Numbered from the stretch's first letter, positions 25,813 to 39,193 are shown. The stretch is 64,000 nt of DNA from Balanoglossus misakiensis (GCA_040954595.2 CM082596.2:4608181-4672180); one strand, 5' to 3'. Notes: a model not told the origin generated them from the letters alone. Numbers and translations are program-made.

Positions 25813-28800
25813 ATGGATGATGCAGACCAAGACGTGTACGTTGCCCAACTGAAGGAAGTCTTTGACAGCTGCGACACACTGAGGAATGGCAGACTAGGCA
25901 GAGAACAACTAATACAATTATGTCACAAATTGCAACTAGATGATCAAACTGATAATTTATTAGATCAGCTGCTTGACGATGACGATCCCAATTCTAAAGT
26001 GAGTCTGTGTTGTATTTTGTTTGCAGTGATCTCTTGTTATTGATGTATATTATTATTACCAATAATTGCACACATGCATGCTTTGATTTACTGTTTACTG
26101 TTTTACTGTTAGCATTGAAAAGAAAACAGTTTGGGCAGATTACAGTATATTTTTCTATGAGTGTTCTGTCCTATTTTAAAATCACTTTAGGTTGATTTTG
26201 ATGAGTTCAAGGAAGGGTTTGTGCTAGTCTTATCCAATGCTGTAGAAGAAATAGAAAGTGAAATAGAGAGTGATGAAGATGACGATGAAGATGATTACAG
26301 TGCAGCAAGTAGCAATCATAACTATGCAGGTAAGGAATTGACAAAATCGGGGATAGATGTCTTTACTACCAGTAATCAGTTATGTTGATTCATTTGAAGC
26401 TTTAAGAATACAAACGTTAGATCTTCATTAACGTTTGAACACAGACTGCTGTGGATATTTATGTCTATTATACTTCATCCCTCTAGTCCAAGCTGACGGA
26501 TCCGCTTACACAATCCAAGACGAGAAAGACAGAAATGAAGAAGACGAACACGCTTTGGAACCCAAGTATGTCAAAGACGGCAAGAGATACGGAAGACGAT
26601 CCAAACCAGATTTCACAGAATCTGAAAACGACTACAACACGACAGAGTATTCTGACACAGATGTAAGTTACCAGTCACCCAGGCAAACACCAAGGTCAAG
26701 GTCGAATAGCAGGTCGAAAAGACTGTCCTCAATAGGAAGCGCGGAGGTGAGTTCAGAGGGCAAAGTTCACATAGGTCATCTATCACAAATGCGTTATCCA
26801 CAGTCCTGGGCCTGAAGTAATTAGAAATTCCAGAGATTCCAATTGGATCTGTAACAGGGTATACAATATTTTATATGCAGCCCTAACAGCTCATAAGTTC
26901 ACTGATGATGAGTGTTGCATTTTCATTTAATGGCAGAGTATTGATTACGACGACGAAGACAAAGATTCTGGGGGTGAGGACAGTGATGGCTCAGAAGAGA
27001 GTAAGAAGAACGAGAAGAATGAAACATTCGAAGCTGAAGGTATGTGTAATCTGCTGATGTTTTTGTATTTGTGTCATTAGTGTGTGTGTGTGTGTGTGAG
27101 AGAGACAGTATCATGAGTCGTATAGTATTCTAACCATTAATCTGATGATCTTATATCTGTTTGAAGGACAACTAGACACTCCCTTGAGTTTGATGGACGT
27201 AACAAGCCCAACCGATGAAGTTCAAGTCAAAGCCATCTGGGATGACGTCGGAGTTGGACAGAACGGATACCTGGACATCAAGGAATTGGCCATCGTGTGC
27301 GAACACATCGGAATGGAAGGGATGAGCCAGGAGGAATTTCAGAACCTCTTCGAGAAACTTGACGTAGATGGTGACAGACGCGTCAGTTTTGACGAGTTTG
27401 TGCGCGGTTTGTTTATCCACGGATCGGTGTCCGCGCATGCACTTTCGACGTCGCCCTCAGTTCACTTACTTTCTGCGTCGCAGAAATCAAAGTTGCGAAT
27501 GGCAATGAACAGTTCAGCGGACGATTTAATCCGTACGGCCACACCGTCGTTTCTCACTACTGGACACGAGTCTGTATGGCTTTCTGTTCTTGATCCAGAT
27601 AACTCAGGGTGAGTTCTACCAACTTCTCACAGAACTTTTTTTTTCTTCAGACAGTAGAATTTCATCACAACAAGCAGATAATCACTGTCTAACTGTGTAA
27701 CCATTTCACCACCATTTAATCACGTGTGATGGTCAACGCTTGGCATTGTTAACGATAAGATTGGTAGAAAGTCTGTGGTTGAGTTGGATGAGAGATTATT
27801 CACTTTCACCCTGTATTAAATTGAGTTTGCTCATGGAAAGATATCATTTGAGCTAAATGTGAGGTTGCATCCATTTCATACTTTGAGTAGCTACAAACAG
27901 GTCTTGAAACTGCCAAACTGGACAGTTTGGTGGTGTGGGAAGTTAGTGCTTGAAAAATGGAGTGTTAATTCAAAAAATGCATAAGACAGTTAGCAGAAAA
28001 TCCAAAATAGTGATGAAATTATTACTCACATGTTAGCCTTTGCATGTACCATGTTCAGGTGAAAGGTTGTATGCTCTAGGGGGCGCTGTTGTTCCCAACC
28101 TCAATAAGCTAATCGAAGTGACTCATAGAGGGCTCACTACATTCAGCTATCGTCATCACACCTGTTCACATGTAAATTTTTTAATGATCCAAAAATAACA
28201 CTATTTACGAAAATGAATTTGTAATATTAAATTGTACACGTAGTTGAATTTTGCAAAGCTGACTTGGATTATGCAGCTTTTTTGCACAATTTTCCCCTGA
28301 AATTTTGTGTTTTTGGTTCAAATACTTTTTTTTGCCTACCATATGTTTGCGTGAGTGTCAATATGTGCGTGGACATTTCATGCACGCAGAAACATATTGC
28401 AGTGGTTTTACAAGGATAAATTGAATGACAGCAGTTGCATTGATATTAAAATTTCTACTCTAGGTCATTCAGATGACGTAGAGATGTTAGTATATCAACC
28501 AAACATGGCTCGGTCCAGCCATATTTTGAGCAAAGCAGGCTGTTATATTTTTTTGTTTGGCTATTTATATAATTAATTATATGTAAAGTACCATCATGTT
28601 TCGGAAATATTTTGATGAGTTTTTGCCGTACAGCAAGCAAAATCCGAAAGTTCAGGAGAAGGCAAAGGAGAAACAGAAAGCTGGGGAACGTTCCGATGCC
28701 GATGGGTAAAATAATGGATTTTGTTTATTGGATTATTTATTGCCGGTTGTATGTCATCCGAATGAAATATGATAGGCAGCTGTGGTTTGTGTAGGATGCT

Positions 28801-31800
28801 TGGTTTTGTTTGTTTATCAGAGTTGTCTTTTGGAGTTGTCAGGTCTGGTTATGGTTGATTAGTGGGTTAAGTTGCCAGATGAAGATGATTGTATGGAAAG
28901 TCTTGTCAAATGAGGATACAATCATAATGCTTATTAAAATAAAATTCATCATTGTCTTGTTATAATTTCTATGTTTTTTCAGTTGCATATTATTTTTGCT
29001 TCACCTGTCATGCTTGTTTTATTTTAATTTGCATGTTAGGTTTGTCCAACCAGATGACGTAGCTCAACAGTTTCAATCTCAGGGAATACACAATCCACAT
29101 GAAGTACTGGAGGTAAGAACCAACAGCAATGAATTCAAAACACATGTGATACATGGCCAAAAAAAAAAACTTAACGTTGTAACCCACTGACATTTATGTG
29201 GTAACAGCTTGGATAAATTACCAAAGATTAAACATTAAGTGCATGTGTATGGTCAAATTTACCACCTTGGTTTATTCCAAGTCCATTGCTTTTTACAGTT
29301 AAGTTGGACCTGGGGGAATAGGGTGAGAAGGTTTTAGTAGCTTATTGACAGGCAGTGTTCCTATTGACAGGCATTGGACGTCGATGCTGAGGGTGGGAAG
29401 ATCAACGTCCAGGACTTATCAACAGCTCTGGAGCATGTGTTGCTAACAACTGGCGATGACAATGGTGTCTACCAAGCCGCACTGACCACCTACCAGAGGG
29501 AACTGAAGCATCTGAAATCAGAGCTGGACGTTGTCGTCAACGAACGGGAAAAACTGAAAACGGATCTGTACGAAGCCAACGCCAGGAATGCGACGCTGGT
29601 GCAAGAAGTGGACGACAGGCAGGCCAGCCTTGAAAGGACCATGGAAAATCAAATAACGTAAGTGAACAGTGGGAAAATGATGGAATGCATTAGGGACATG
29701 GCAAGATACATAGACTTTTGGTATGGCAGAGTTACTGCAATGGTGTCAGAGTTCAACCATAATAATAGCCTTGCAATGTTACTAAATTTAACCAACAAAC
29801 TGAAAATACAGCTGTACCAGTAGGATGGCAACAATTAATCATGTTCCCAGCTATTTTAGTTTTAATCTAATGTTTCACTCGCACATGCTGCTAATTTGTG
29901 CATATTTGAAGTGATTTTATGCATTGGTTGACAGGGAAGCTGAGAAGAAACACCACGAGAAGATCAACAGCCTACAGGTGGAGATCGAGAATGAGCGCGA
30001 GATGATGTCGTCGCAGGCCGGCAGACAGAAACAGCAGCTGGAGGAAATCATCGATCAGCTGAGAGGGGAGGAGTCGCTCCTGAAAGAGAAGCTGGCCCTG
30101 CTGCAGAAGGAGAACAACCGGCTGAACACGGATGTGGTGGATTTGGCGGAGAAACTGGAGGAGTACGAGAAGACGAATCAGAAGTTGCAAAAGGACGTGG
30201 AGGATTTCAATAGACTTCAACAGAGGGTAGGTGTGGACTGTGTGTGTTTGGAAGGACTGAGTCGGTCATTAGCTGACACAAGAACTTGATAGAATTATGA
30301 AAGGCTTGTTTAATGTACTCCTTGGTACAGTATGTAATCTTGGATTATATTTGGATTGTGAAAATTGAGTTAATTACTGTAGTACCCGAAATATACAGCA
30401 CAGAATGAATCCTGTCATATCACAACCTTATCACAAGTGTGGTTAAATAATGACATGTCTGCAATTGCTGTCATTATAGTAATGAATATTAATGCCCATG
30501 TCATGATTATATGCCATAATTCTTCAAATAATTTCCATATAATTGAAGCATATTGTCCCTTTCACAACTGGTGTACAGTAAAACCCAATTGAAAAAATCA
30601 CCAGAATTCAATCAATATTGCAAGAGTTAATTATATGTATCTGGTAGTAGGAATCAGCTTCATTGATTTGGTGTACTTGCGGACAAATCTTATTTAAATG
30701 TCATTCATTTCAATTACTGTTCCTAATTTAATTTTAAGATATAAAACGCCCCTACAAATCCCTATGAATGTAATGGACAACCCCTATGTCACATGTTATC
30801 ATCTCATCTCGCTTGCTTCCTCCCCTTCCCATGATTCATGTGGGTACACAGTTAGCCGAGTTTGAAGCCCAAGAAGATCACATCAATGAGAAAAATGTTC
30901 AGTTTTACCAGCAGAACTTGAAAGAGTATCAGGAACAGAATAGAGTAAGTCTGACCAGAGATACATATGTGTGCATCTGACTTGTTTGTTATCAGTACTT
31001 TTGTAGATTTCGTTGTTGTTTGTTATCAGTAGATTTATAGATTTTGTTGTTTTTGCAGCATAATTTGGAGTCAACATGACACATTCTCGTTTGTCCATTT
31101 ACAGGGTTTGAGGGACGAGAACGACGAACTCATCCAACAGATTCAGCTTCTCCAGCAGCAGTTATCAGAGCGTAAACTTCGGAGGAGAGGTAGCCGATCG
31201 CGGGATCCCTCCAAACCAAACAGGAATGGGTCCGTCTTGTCAGACTACGCCAAACCAACTGTCATCAAAAGAAGGGGCCCACTGTCTTCCACAGGTCAGT
31301 ATTACCATTAGTGCATCCACGGTTCAAACAGTGGTTAGAGGGTGTTTGTATACAGTTACCTGTGCAAATGTTTCTATCAATTTGTCATTGGAGCAGTTCT
31401 CACACAAGCCATCATTCCTGGTTTGTACCATAAACACAGACTAAATCGGTTTGATTTTCTTTTTCCCCAGAGGATGAATCAGAAGATGAAGTCGACGGAT
31501 CAGCTTCCATTTCTGGTAAGAGGAAACGCCGTCAGCTTCCTGTTGCTATGAGATCAGGTGGGGATGGGGGGTCCAATGAGGATGAAGATTATAGCAACAA
31601 AGCTCAGGATGATTGTAAGTTGCGCTGCTATTGGACGATTCGGCTAGAAGACACCAAGTAGCAACAACCATGCATGATGTGCCACAAATCCTAAACCCTA
31701 AGCATTGGTCCCGGGGTGGTGTAGTATGTGTAGTGTAGATAGACACAAGATGTAATGAAAGTAGAAAAGTTTAATATGGTAGCAGTAGTTTTAATTGAAT

Positions 31801-34800
31801 GTTTATGTTAGTTGATTTTTGTTACATGAAGTGTTTATGTGCATGTCTAATTACTTGAGAAGAAAAAAGGAATGAAAAAAGGTCTTGATGAAAATATTTA
31901 CATGTATATCTTAAATCAGCTCACTTCAAGGCTTGGCTAGTTTTTTTTTAATGGAAGCTATTATTGAAGTGTCTGAATTTGTGCATGATACACGGAAAAG
32001 TGAAATGAACCTAACTTGCCTTTCAGCTGCCAAACATGCAGAAGAGATCGAAAACTTGAAGAAAAGTCACAACCAGGAGATAAACGAATTGAGGGTTAAT
32101 TTTGAACGAGAACGAAAGGACATCGAACAGGCTTACAAAATGGAGATAACCGACCTTGAAGATGACATGGCCACAGCCAAGGAGGAATTTGCCAAACAGC
32201 GGGACAGCTGGAGAGCGACAATCGAGGATCAGGAAAAAAGTGCCAAGGAAGAGAAAGACGACAGGGAAAGAAAGTTCCGGAAAGAAAAAATGCAGCTGCA
32301 AGAAGAGTTCGACAGAGAAAAAATGGAACTTCTGCAAAAATTTGCGAGAGAGAAATCCGATTTGAGAGACAAATTAGAGCAGGAATACAATGAGGACTTG
32401 GATAACAAAATAGCGAATGTGAAAGAAAATTTGTTGAAAGAGCGAGCTGATCTGGAGGACCGGTACACCAGGGAGAAACTTGAGATAGGGCAGGGATACG
32501 CCCGGGAGAAGACGCAGGTAGAGATGGACCACAAACGGGCAAAATCCGAACTGGAAGTTCAGTTCACGGCAGAAAAGTCGCAGCTGCAGCAGGACCAGGA
32601 AAGGGAGAAGGCAGAGTTGGAGCGCATGTACAAGAAGCAAATGGCCGAGCTGGAGCAGATATTTGTCAAGGGTGAAGCTGGTTTGAAAGGTCAGCTCCGG
32701 GCGGATTTTAACGAGCTCCTGGAGCAACACAAGCGGGAGTTGGAAGCGTCTATGGAGAAGGAAAAGCGAGACATGAAGGTGATGTTTGAGAAGGAGAAAG
32801 AGGAACTGCAGAGAGAGGTGGATGCGGAAAAGTCCCGGCTCGAGCGGTCGTTCCGGGATGACAAGATGGGAAATGAAGAAAAGGCGAGGAAGGAACTGGA
32901 AGAGGAGAAAGCAAACATGGAGAGTAAACTCAGGCAAAAAATCAAAGTGAGTGTAAACTTGTGTACAGGATGCAGCAGCATTGTCAATCAATTCTGATTT
33001 CTCTTTGCCAGATGTAGAGAGGATCACATTTTGCAGAGAGCTTGGTCTTGATCATTTTCTCAGCTTGACACAGCTTGTAAATACTCAGATCTTAATAGTA
33101 TTTATCCAGTCACACTAAGTAAGTGGCAAAAAAATTATGAATGTTCGCTTTTGTAGAGGGAGATGGAAAATGCATTTGTGGAGCAGATTGAAAGAATAAA
33201 AGACGCACATGAAGAAGAAAAAGAAGATTACAAGAAAGAGATTCAGATGCTTCAGGACAAGTTACAGAAGGTAAGAAAGGGTTGATTAGACACATTGCTT
33301 AGTCTGCCACAACCTTCTCTTGGTGTTGAAGCTGAACAATTCATACACCTTCCAATGACTGACCCATTGATTTAACATTAAACTGTTACGTGTTCTTCAG
33401 ACACAATCAAATTTGGAGAAGTCTGAGAAACGCCAGAAAGCCCTTGAAGTTGAGAGAGAGGAAACAGTGACTTCTATGAAGACACAGACATTACACGCAG
33501 CTCAGCAAAGAAGTACATTTGATAAGGTATGTCACATCCACAGTGTCATCAGAAACTATGAATCTGCAGATGTTTATATACTACACGTAGCTTCCAATGT
33601 ACCATGTCTTCCCTCTGTAGAAACTTGTTGACACACAACATGCAAAGTATAGGAAACACACTGTATTGTACCGTATATGCAGATTCATGTGCATGTAGTA
33701 ATGCTGTGTTGACCTCTGACACCCATCAACTGTCAACAATGTAAAGTCACAGCATTACCAGCATATGTGCCAAAGCAATGCACAATGGCTCTCTGTGATA
33801 AGCTTTTCCAATCACTCATCAGTTGTAGTAGTGTATGTGCACAGATGTCGCTTTTAAAGCTGGGATTATCAATCTGACATTATTTTGCTTTGCCTTGAGT
33901 GAGGATTTGCAGACCTAGATGCTATCGGAACTGTTTTCCCAAATCCTAAAGTTCATTTGACCTTACAATCACCAATGTTTTTTAAACAAAACAAAAATTC
34001 ACATACGAACTGACCATAAAAACCCAGCTCTGCCTAGCCATGCCTAATTGCATTAATTTGTACTGATTACAGCCTGTAGAGGATAGACACATGTATACAG
34101 CTTCACCACGCAGCTCACCCAAAACAATTCATAGAAAACTCCGAGACAAGGAGAAACTTCTCACAAACAGGGTACAATTCCATTCCTATGTACAGTTTTA
34201 TCAGTAATGTGGATGCACTCATGAATGCATAATTTCCTATCATCTCTTGGTGCAGGGTATTTTTCTCTTCTATTTTTTATTCTACCATACAGAGGTCAAA
34301 TATTTTCTCCACTCACAGAGGGTGCTGTCGATTTCTGTGTGTGGGGCTTAGAATGTTTAACCTCTGTGTGTTCATTGAAATAAACGAAAGATACATTATT
34401 GTCATGGTTTGTTTAAATACACCATTAAAGATCATTTTTTGCACCTGGCTGAACTATAGTTGCTTCATGTTTCATTAAAATTGCACTGTGTGTTTCAAGT
34501 GGTACAATTTATGATATCTTCTTGGGGGGAAAATGGCAGTTCTTGCTAGCATCTACTATTGTCTGATCAATGTATGTAATCAGACATGCTGGTTGAAATA
34601 CGTTTTGTATTCTAAACAAAATCGTTGCTTCCTTTTGTATGTGGACAGTTTTTACCGTTCTTCAAGTCAGATCAGCCACCAACTGCCAATCAAAACACTG
34701 ATCAAAGTGTAACAACAGTAAGTTATGGAATGCTCTGGTCTAGCCTTGGCATCTGATGGAGATGTAGCATTGGTGCATAGACCGACGTAGTGTCAATGTA

Positions 34801-37382
34801 TCAGGACATAGATGGGTCTAGTGTTTTTGTACATATGTACACATGTAGGACAGATGTAGTGTGATATCAGCAAAAGGCAAATTGGGATATACCTGCAATG
34901 GACAGTGTAGTGTAGGAGGTAGATTTGATGTAGTGTGGGAATCCTGGATAGATGACATACCTTAGCACCCAGTATCAACATCGGAATGGGAACAGAAGTG
35001 AGATTGTAGAAAAACACCAACCGTTGTATCAACTTATCCAGTTGGCCACAATGTGCATACTAGCTAACCCAGCTACTCTTTAGTTCTCCCTATTTCATCA
35101 CCTATGCTATAGCTGTAGATATATTAATGGTAAGATTGCATGGATAGCTCTCTAAAATGTAAACTTAATCAGCATCAGTAAATGCTATAGGACATGCTTT
35201 TATTTTGCTGTATCAATTAAAATTGCTTATTGAGCTGTTAATACATCTATTACCAGTATTCTTTCCTTCTCTGTTCCATCTTTTATTATTTGCACGTGTT
35301 AATGTTTTAATCCAGTCATAGTTTCATTTACAACTTTCTACTAACCCCTCTACTAACCATACTGTGCAATCCTTTCCATAAGGCCGCCTATGAGGACATG
35401 GACAAACAAAAGAATTTATTAGAATTAAAAGTAAGGGCCTTGGAACAGAAACTGAAGACCAAGACCCATCTGGAGGGAGTTTCAAAGGGCGTGCAGGCCA
35501 CGGCGTCGGTCAATTGGAAAATGACGCAGACGTTCGAAGAGAGTTTTAAGGTCAGGGGTAGAAATAACAGCACACAGACTGAGATAAACGTGCAGTCGAG
35601 AGCCCAGCAGACCGTAGTGGAAGGCGTCCGACTGAACACAAAAGTCAAAATGACTCAGACTTACACGGAAACGCTTTCTAAAAGTGTGCAGTTTCCTGAC
35701 GTAGAAGGGAAGGGCTGGCTGAATTGGCTGTGGAATAAAGATGACAACACAGCAAGCCACGCTGTTCAAGCCACTGTGATAACAGTCCAGAGAGGGGTCC
35801 AGACCCTAGACGATGGTGCGGGCAAAAAGAGGGGAGACAGCCAAACTCAAACGGCATTCGATGATTTCATGCCAAAGACGAGATTTCGAGTGATGCAGAC
35901 ACAAACTGACCAGAAGACCAGAGTTGTCTCAGTCCAAACTTCCGATGATTTTATGCCAAAGACGAGATTTCGAGTGATGCAGACACAAACTGATCAGAAG
36001 ACCAGAGTTGTCGCAGTCCAAACTTCCTCAGAGGAAAAGATAGAAACATTCGAACAGAAAGTACAAACAGACAATGAATTATTAGAATCACTGGTTTTGG
36101 AGTCTCCGTACAGACAAAGAACGCAACTGACAGAGGTTGGCTCATACTTAGTTCAGCTCTTTGTCACTTTCGGCCCCGCTGTCTCGATAACTTGAAATGA
36201 CCCTGTTGTCTTTGGCATTGTGACGGGTCATTCTATTGGCTAAAATGGGTGTGTGAAGGTCTAATGAGCTGCGGTGGTGGAGCTTCTTCCATGCTTGTCT
36301 TTTGTCAAATTGAACATTCCTGAATTGTATGAGTCGAGTAATGGGTACGCATTTCCTTGAGATTGCCAATTCTTGGCTTAAACGGCAATTACTGAGTTAC
36401 TGAAGATATGATTTTGTGATCATGTCAATGATTTTGTCGTTTTCTTTCAGGCAAAACTGGAAATGTTAGAAGAGGAACGCGGCACTCTGAAGAGAGACCT
36501 CAAAGAGGTGAACCAAAAAGTAAGTGTGTCTTCAAGGCAGGAAAGTTGGAATCACATTTTGAAATGACTGTGATACACAAAACGGGATTCATTAACAGTG
36601 CCTTTCCACATTGGTAGGCCAGTGATTCTTTTTAGCACACTCTTAGCAGACAGCTGGATATCGTTGCTAGTGCTCGCATTAACATTCGCCACATTTGATC
36701 TGTTTTGACCAGTTGCTGGAAGCAAGAACGTCGCTGTCACTTTCGCAGTCACAGCACATCCGGGAAATGCAGCGACTGCGCGACCAGCGAAGCGAGGTCA
36801 CCGAGAAGGAAGTGCACGCCGTCACCAGCAAGTTGGCCGAGAGGGAAACCCAGCTGCAGGAGATGGAAAGGGTCATCCGAGAGAAAGAGGAAGAGTTGAA
36901 CAAAGGGTTGAACAAAATCAAATTGGAGTACGACGGAGAGATCAAAGCGCTGAGGCAAGACAGGGTGGAGATGGACAAGAAGCACAGATCAACCAGGGGG
37001 CTGTTGGATGATTATGTCATCAAACTCAAAGAACAGGTGGGTAGAGTGCATCATGGGATGATGTCTGGTGCAGTATGGGTAGGGTAGAACAATGGACTTT
37101 CAAAGAAATGGCGCAAATTCAGAGTGACCAAGTGTTCGTAGATTTTCACATTGTTGTCACATAGTTCAAGTTCTGGTTTCTGTTTTTCACTCGCAGCTGA
37201 ACAAGTCCACGAAACGTGACATGCTGCTGAAAGAACTATACATAGAGAACTCGCAGCTAATGAAAGCCTTGGCCCAGACAGAGGAGAGGGAGAAGACAGC
37301 AGAGCGAACCGTTTACCAGTTGAAAGACAAAAACAAAGCCCTGGCAAGGCTGCTGAAGAGAGTTTGCCCAGCGGCCTTGTAG
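25813..37382 (+). CDS. NIN: Ninein / ninein-like centrosomal EF-hand coiled-coil protein (dynein activating-adaptor family)
   Basis: Core exons 25813-25998, 26191-26329, 26487-26746, 26937-27039, 27167-27608, 29040-29112, 29371-29657, 29935-30226, 30852-30944, 31105-31294, 31471-31614, 32027-32946, 33157-33270, 33401-33526, 36451-36519, 36713-37036, 37197-37382. Signatures QLKEVFDSCD, VDFDEFKEG, EPKYVKDGKRYGRRS, FEAEGQL, LDVDGDRRVSFDEF, LRDENDEL, LLKELYIENSQLMKAL..PAAL; probably co-orthologous to NIN and NINL. Confidence 0.93.
28634..28705 (+). CDS. NIN: Candidate 72-nt cassette exon of ninein (KQNPKVQEKAKEKQKAGERSDADG)
   Basis: TTTTTGCCGTACAG acceptor, GG|GTAAAA donor, phase 2-2 matching the host intron, open and purine-rich. 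Confidence 0.5.
34073..34171 (+). CDS. NIN: Candidate 99-nt cassette exon of ninein (PVEDRHMYTASPRSSPKTIHRKLRDKEKLLTNR)
   Basis: TTACAG acceptor, AGG|GTACAA donor, phase 0-0, open frame. Confidence 0.45.
34649..34717 (+). CDS. NIN: Candidate 69-nt cassette exon of ninein (FLPFFKSDQPPTANQNTDQSVTT)
   Basis: Pyrimidine tract + CAG acceptor, ACA|GTAAGT donor, phase 0-0, open frame. Confidence 0.45.
35383..36135 (+). CDS. NIN: Large (753-nt) probable alternative ninein exon encoding a TQT/VQT-repeat region
   Basis: TACTAAC x2 branch region, AAG acceptor at 35382, 251 open codons in phase 0, weak donor GAG|GTTGGC (otherwise reads to TGA at 36195). Confidence 0.7.
35860..36027 (+). repeat. 84-bp (28-codon) tandem duplication inside the TQT exon
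   Basis: 35860-35943 and 35944-36027 encode DDFMPKTRFRVMQTQTDQKTRVV[S/A]VQTS; 3 differences (TTC/TTT, GAC/GAT, TCA/GCA). Confidence 0.95.
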
Positions 37383-39193
37383 CGACACACACACAATTCA
37401 GTGTTCCCATTGGCTACTTCAAGATGATGGTCTATTGCTATTGGCTGTTCAGTCAACAGTTATTCATGTGACAATACAAACACAATGCAGGTTATCCACA
37501 CTGACTTCCATTGTTCATTGTGAGTGACAATAGATTTTTATGGACCAAATTGTGTCCCTGAATTACTCTAATACACTTTGATTTAATAGCATGCCTTTAT
37601 AGCGATTTTGGATTTTAAGTAATGAAAATGGCATTGTTGACGTACAATGTACCTCAAGCATTCCTTACAAACTGTTAGAACTGCTGGAATTCCGAGTCAT
37701 GGAACCCTGTTTTGAAAGTTTCAATATCAGGGGGGTTCAGTAAATTTGCAGAGCGTTCTGGGTTTAATGTGAATTTTTCTAAATTATCCATACAATCAGT
37801 GCTTTAAAGTGGTATCATTCTTGTAAGTTATTTTGTCTTTTTTTCTGTCCACCTATGAAGGCCGGAGTAATTTTAGAACCTATGTGAATGCCTTTTTTAT
37901 CAATTATGGACCAAAATCTAACCATGCTTTGGTGCCTTATCTAATCATCTATACTTTCCTTGAGTGTCCATGGCTAATCATTTACTAGTAAATGTTAAAT
38001 CAAAACTACAATGCAATTTTAGCATTGAAAGAAAAAGAATCTTTTAAAACCAAACTGAGCTTTTTTTTTACAATGGTGTACATTATCTCTGCTAGAGCAA
38101 TTTAATACAGATTTAATTAGTGATATGCTGTGAAATATATACATATTTTGTATGAAGATATACTAAATTATTTCTGTCTTTCTACAAAAGGGCTTCTAGT
38201 TTTACTGACCGTATGACATTGATTTCTAATGTGAATTCTGATAGAGCAATGCTAAAATTCTTAAAATTTTGTAAAGATTTTGAATTAAAAAAATCATGTG
38301 ACTCCTTACATACTCTTCAATGATGTAAAATTTGTATGAAAAATGTAAACTTGATTTTGTTTTTGACAACGATTTCTCTCCATATTTATAAATATATTAT
38401 TATTATATATAATATATATACAGTGTGTGTGACTTTTATATCAGTATGGTATAGTATTGGGACAGGAATTTCATAGCTTTCAATGTGTGTGTGATTTTTA
38501 TGTGTTTTTATATTTTATTATTTATAACTTGAACATTTTATGATCTTGTGCTAATTATTTATTGATATGCAACTTCTTGGGATACAGAGATACATTTTAT
38601 ATGCATGTTTCGTTTATTTTATGGTAAGGCTTCCTAGATAAACAATAAGCAATAAGAAAGGAATTAGAATTTTGAACCAAAGATTTGTTTATTCTGAAGA
38701 AAAATAATTGAGTGTTTAGCTTTTCTTTCAGTATTACTTGCTTTATATCATGAATGAATACCTGTGTATTCATGTACATCAGAACCACGTCCATTTTAAT
38801 CATATTCCTATGGAGTACAATCAACAGCATAATTCAACCTTGAAAGATTTGACAAAGTACTGGAAAAATTATGTCATAAAAATGGCAATCATATGTTTTC
38901 TTTTCTGTTTTAATAGTATAATCATTGTCATATGTTTAGCATAAAATCACAGGGATTACATGCTTTTTTATGATTGTCAAAAATGTTATGTCAATAAACC
39001 TTGATTGTGAAAGTAGAAGTGGTTTCATGTAATTTATTTAGACTTCTTTAATATTTATGGTAGCTACCACACATGTTGTCTACTGAAGTTATGGAGGGGG
39101 GGGGGGAGAATTTGTTCCTTTCATGTGTGGTGAATGGCGCCCCCAACGACAATTTATAGAGTACGAAATGATACAAGAACCCCGGCCCAGAAA

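Noticed and set aside
29342-29373. Duplicated splice acceptor TATTGACAGGCA 19 nt apart
   Set aside because: Upstream acceptor would frameshift; likely a neutral micro-duplication
32023-33027. Several long minus-strand ORFs
   Set aside because: Antisense shadows of the Glu/Lys-rich ninein exon
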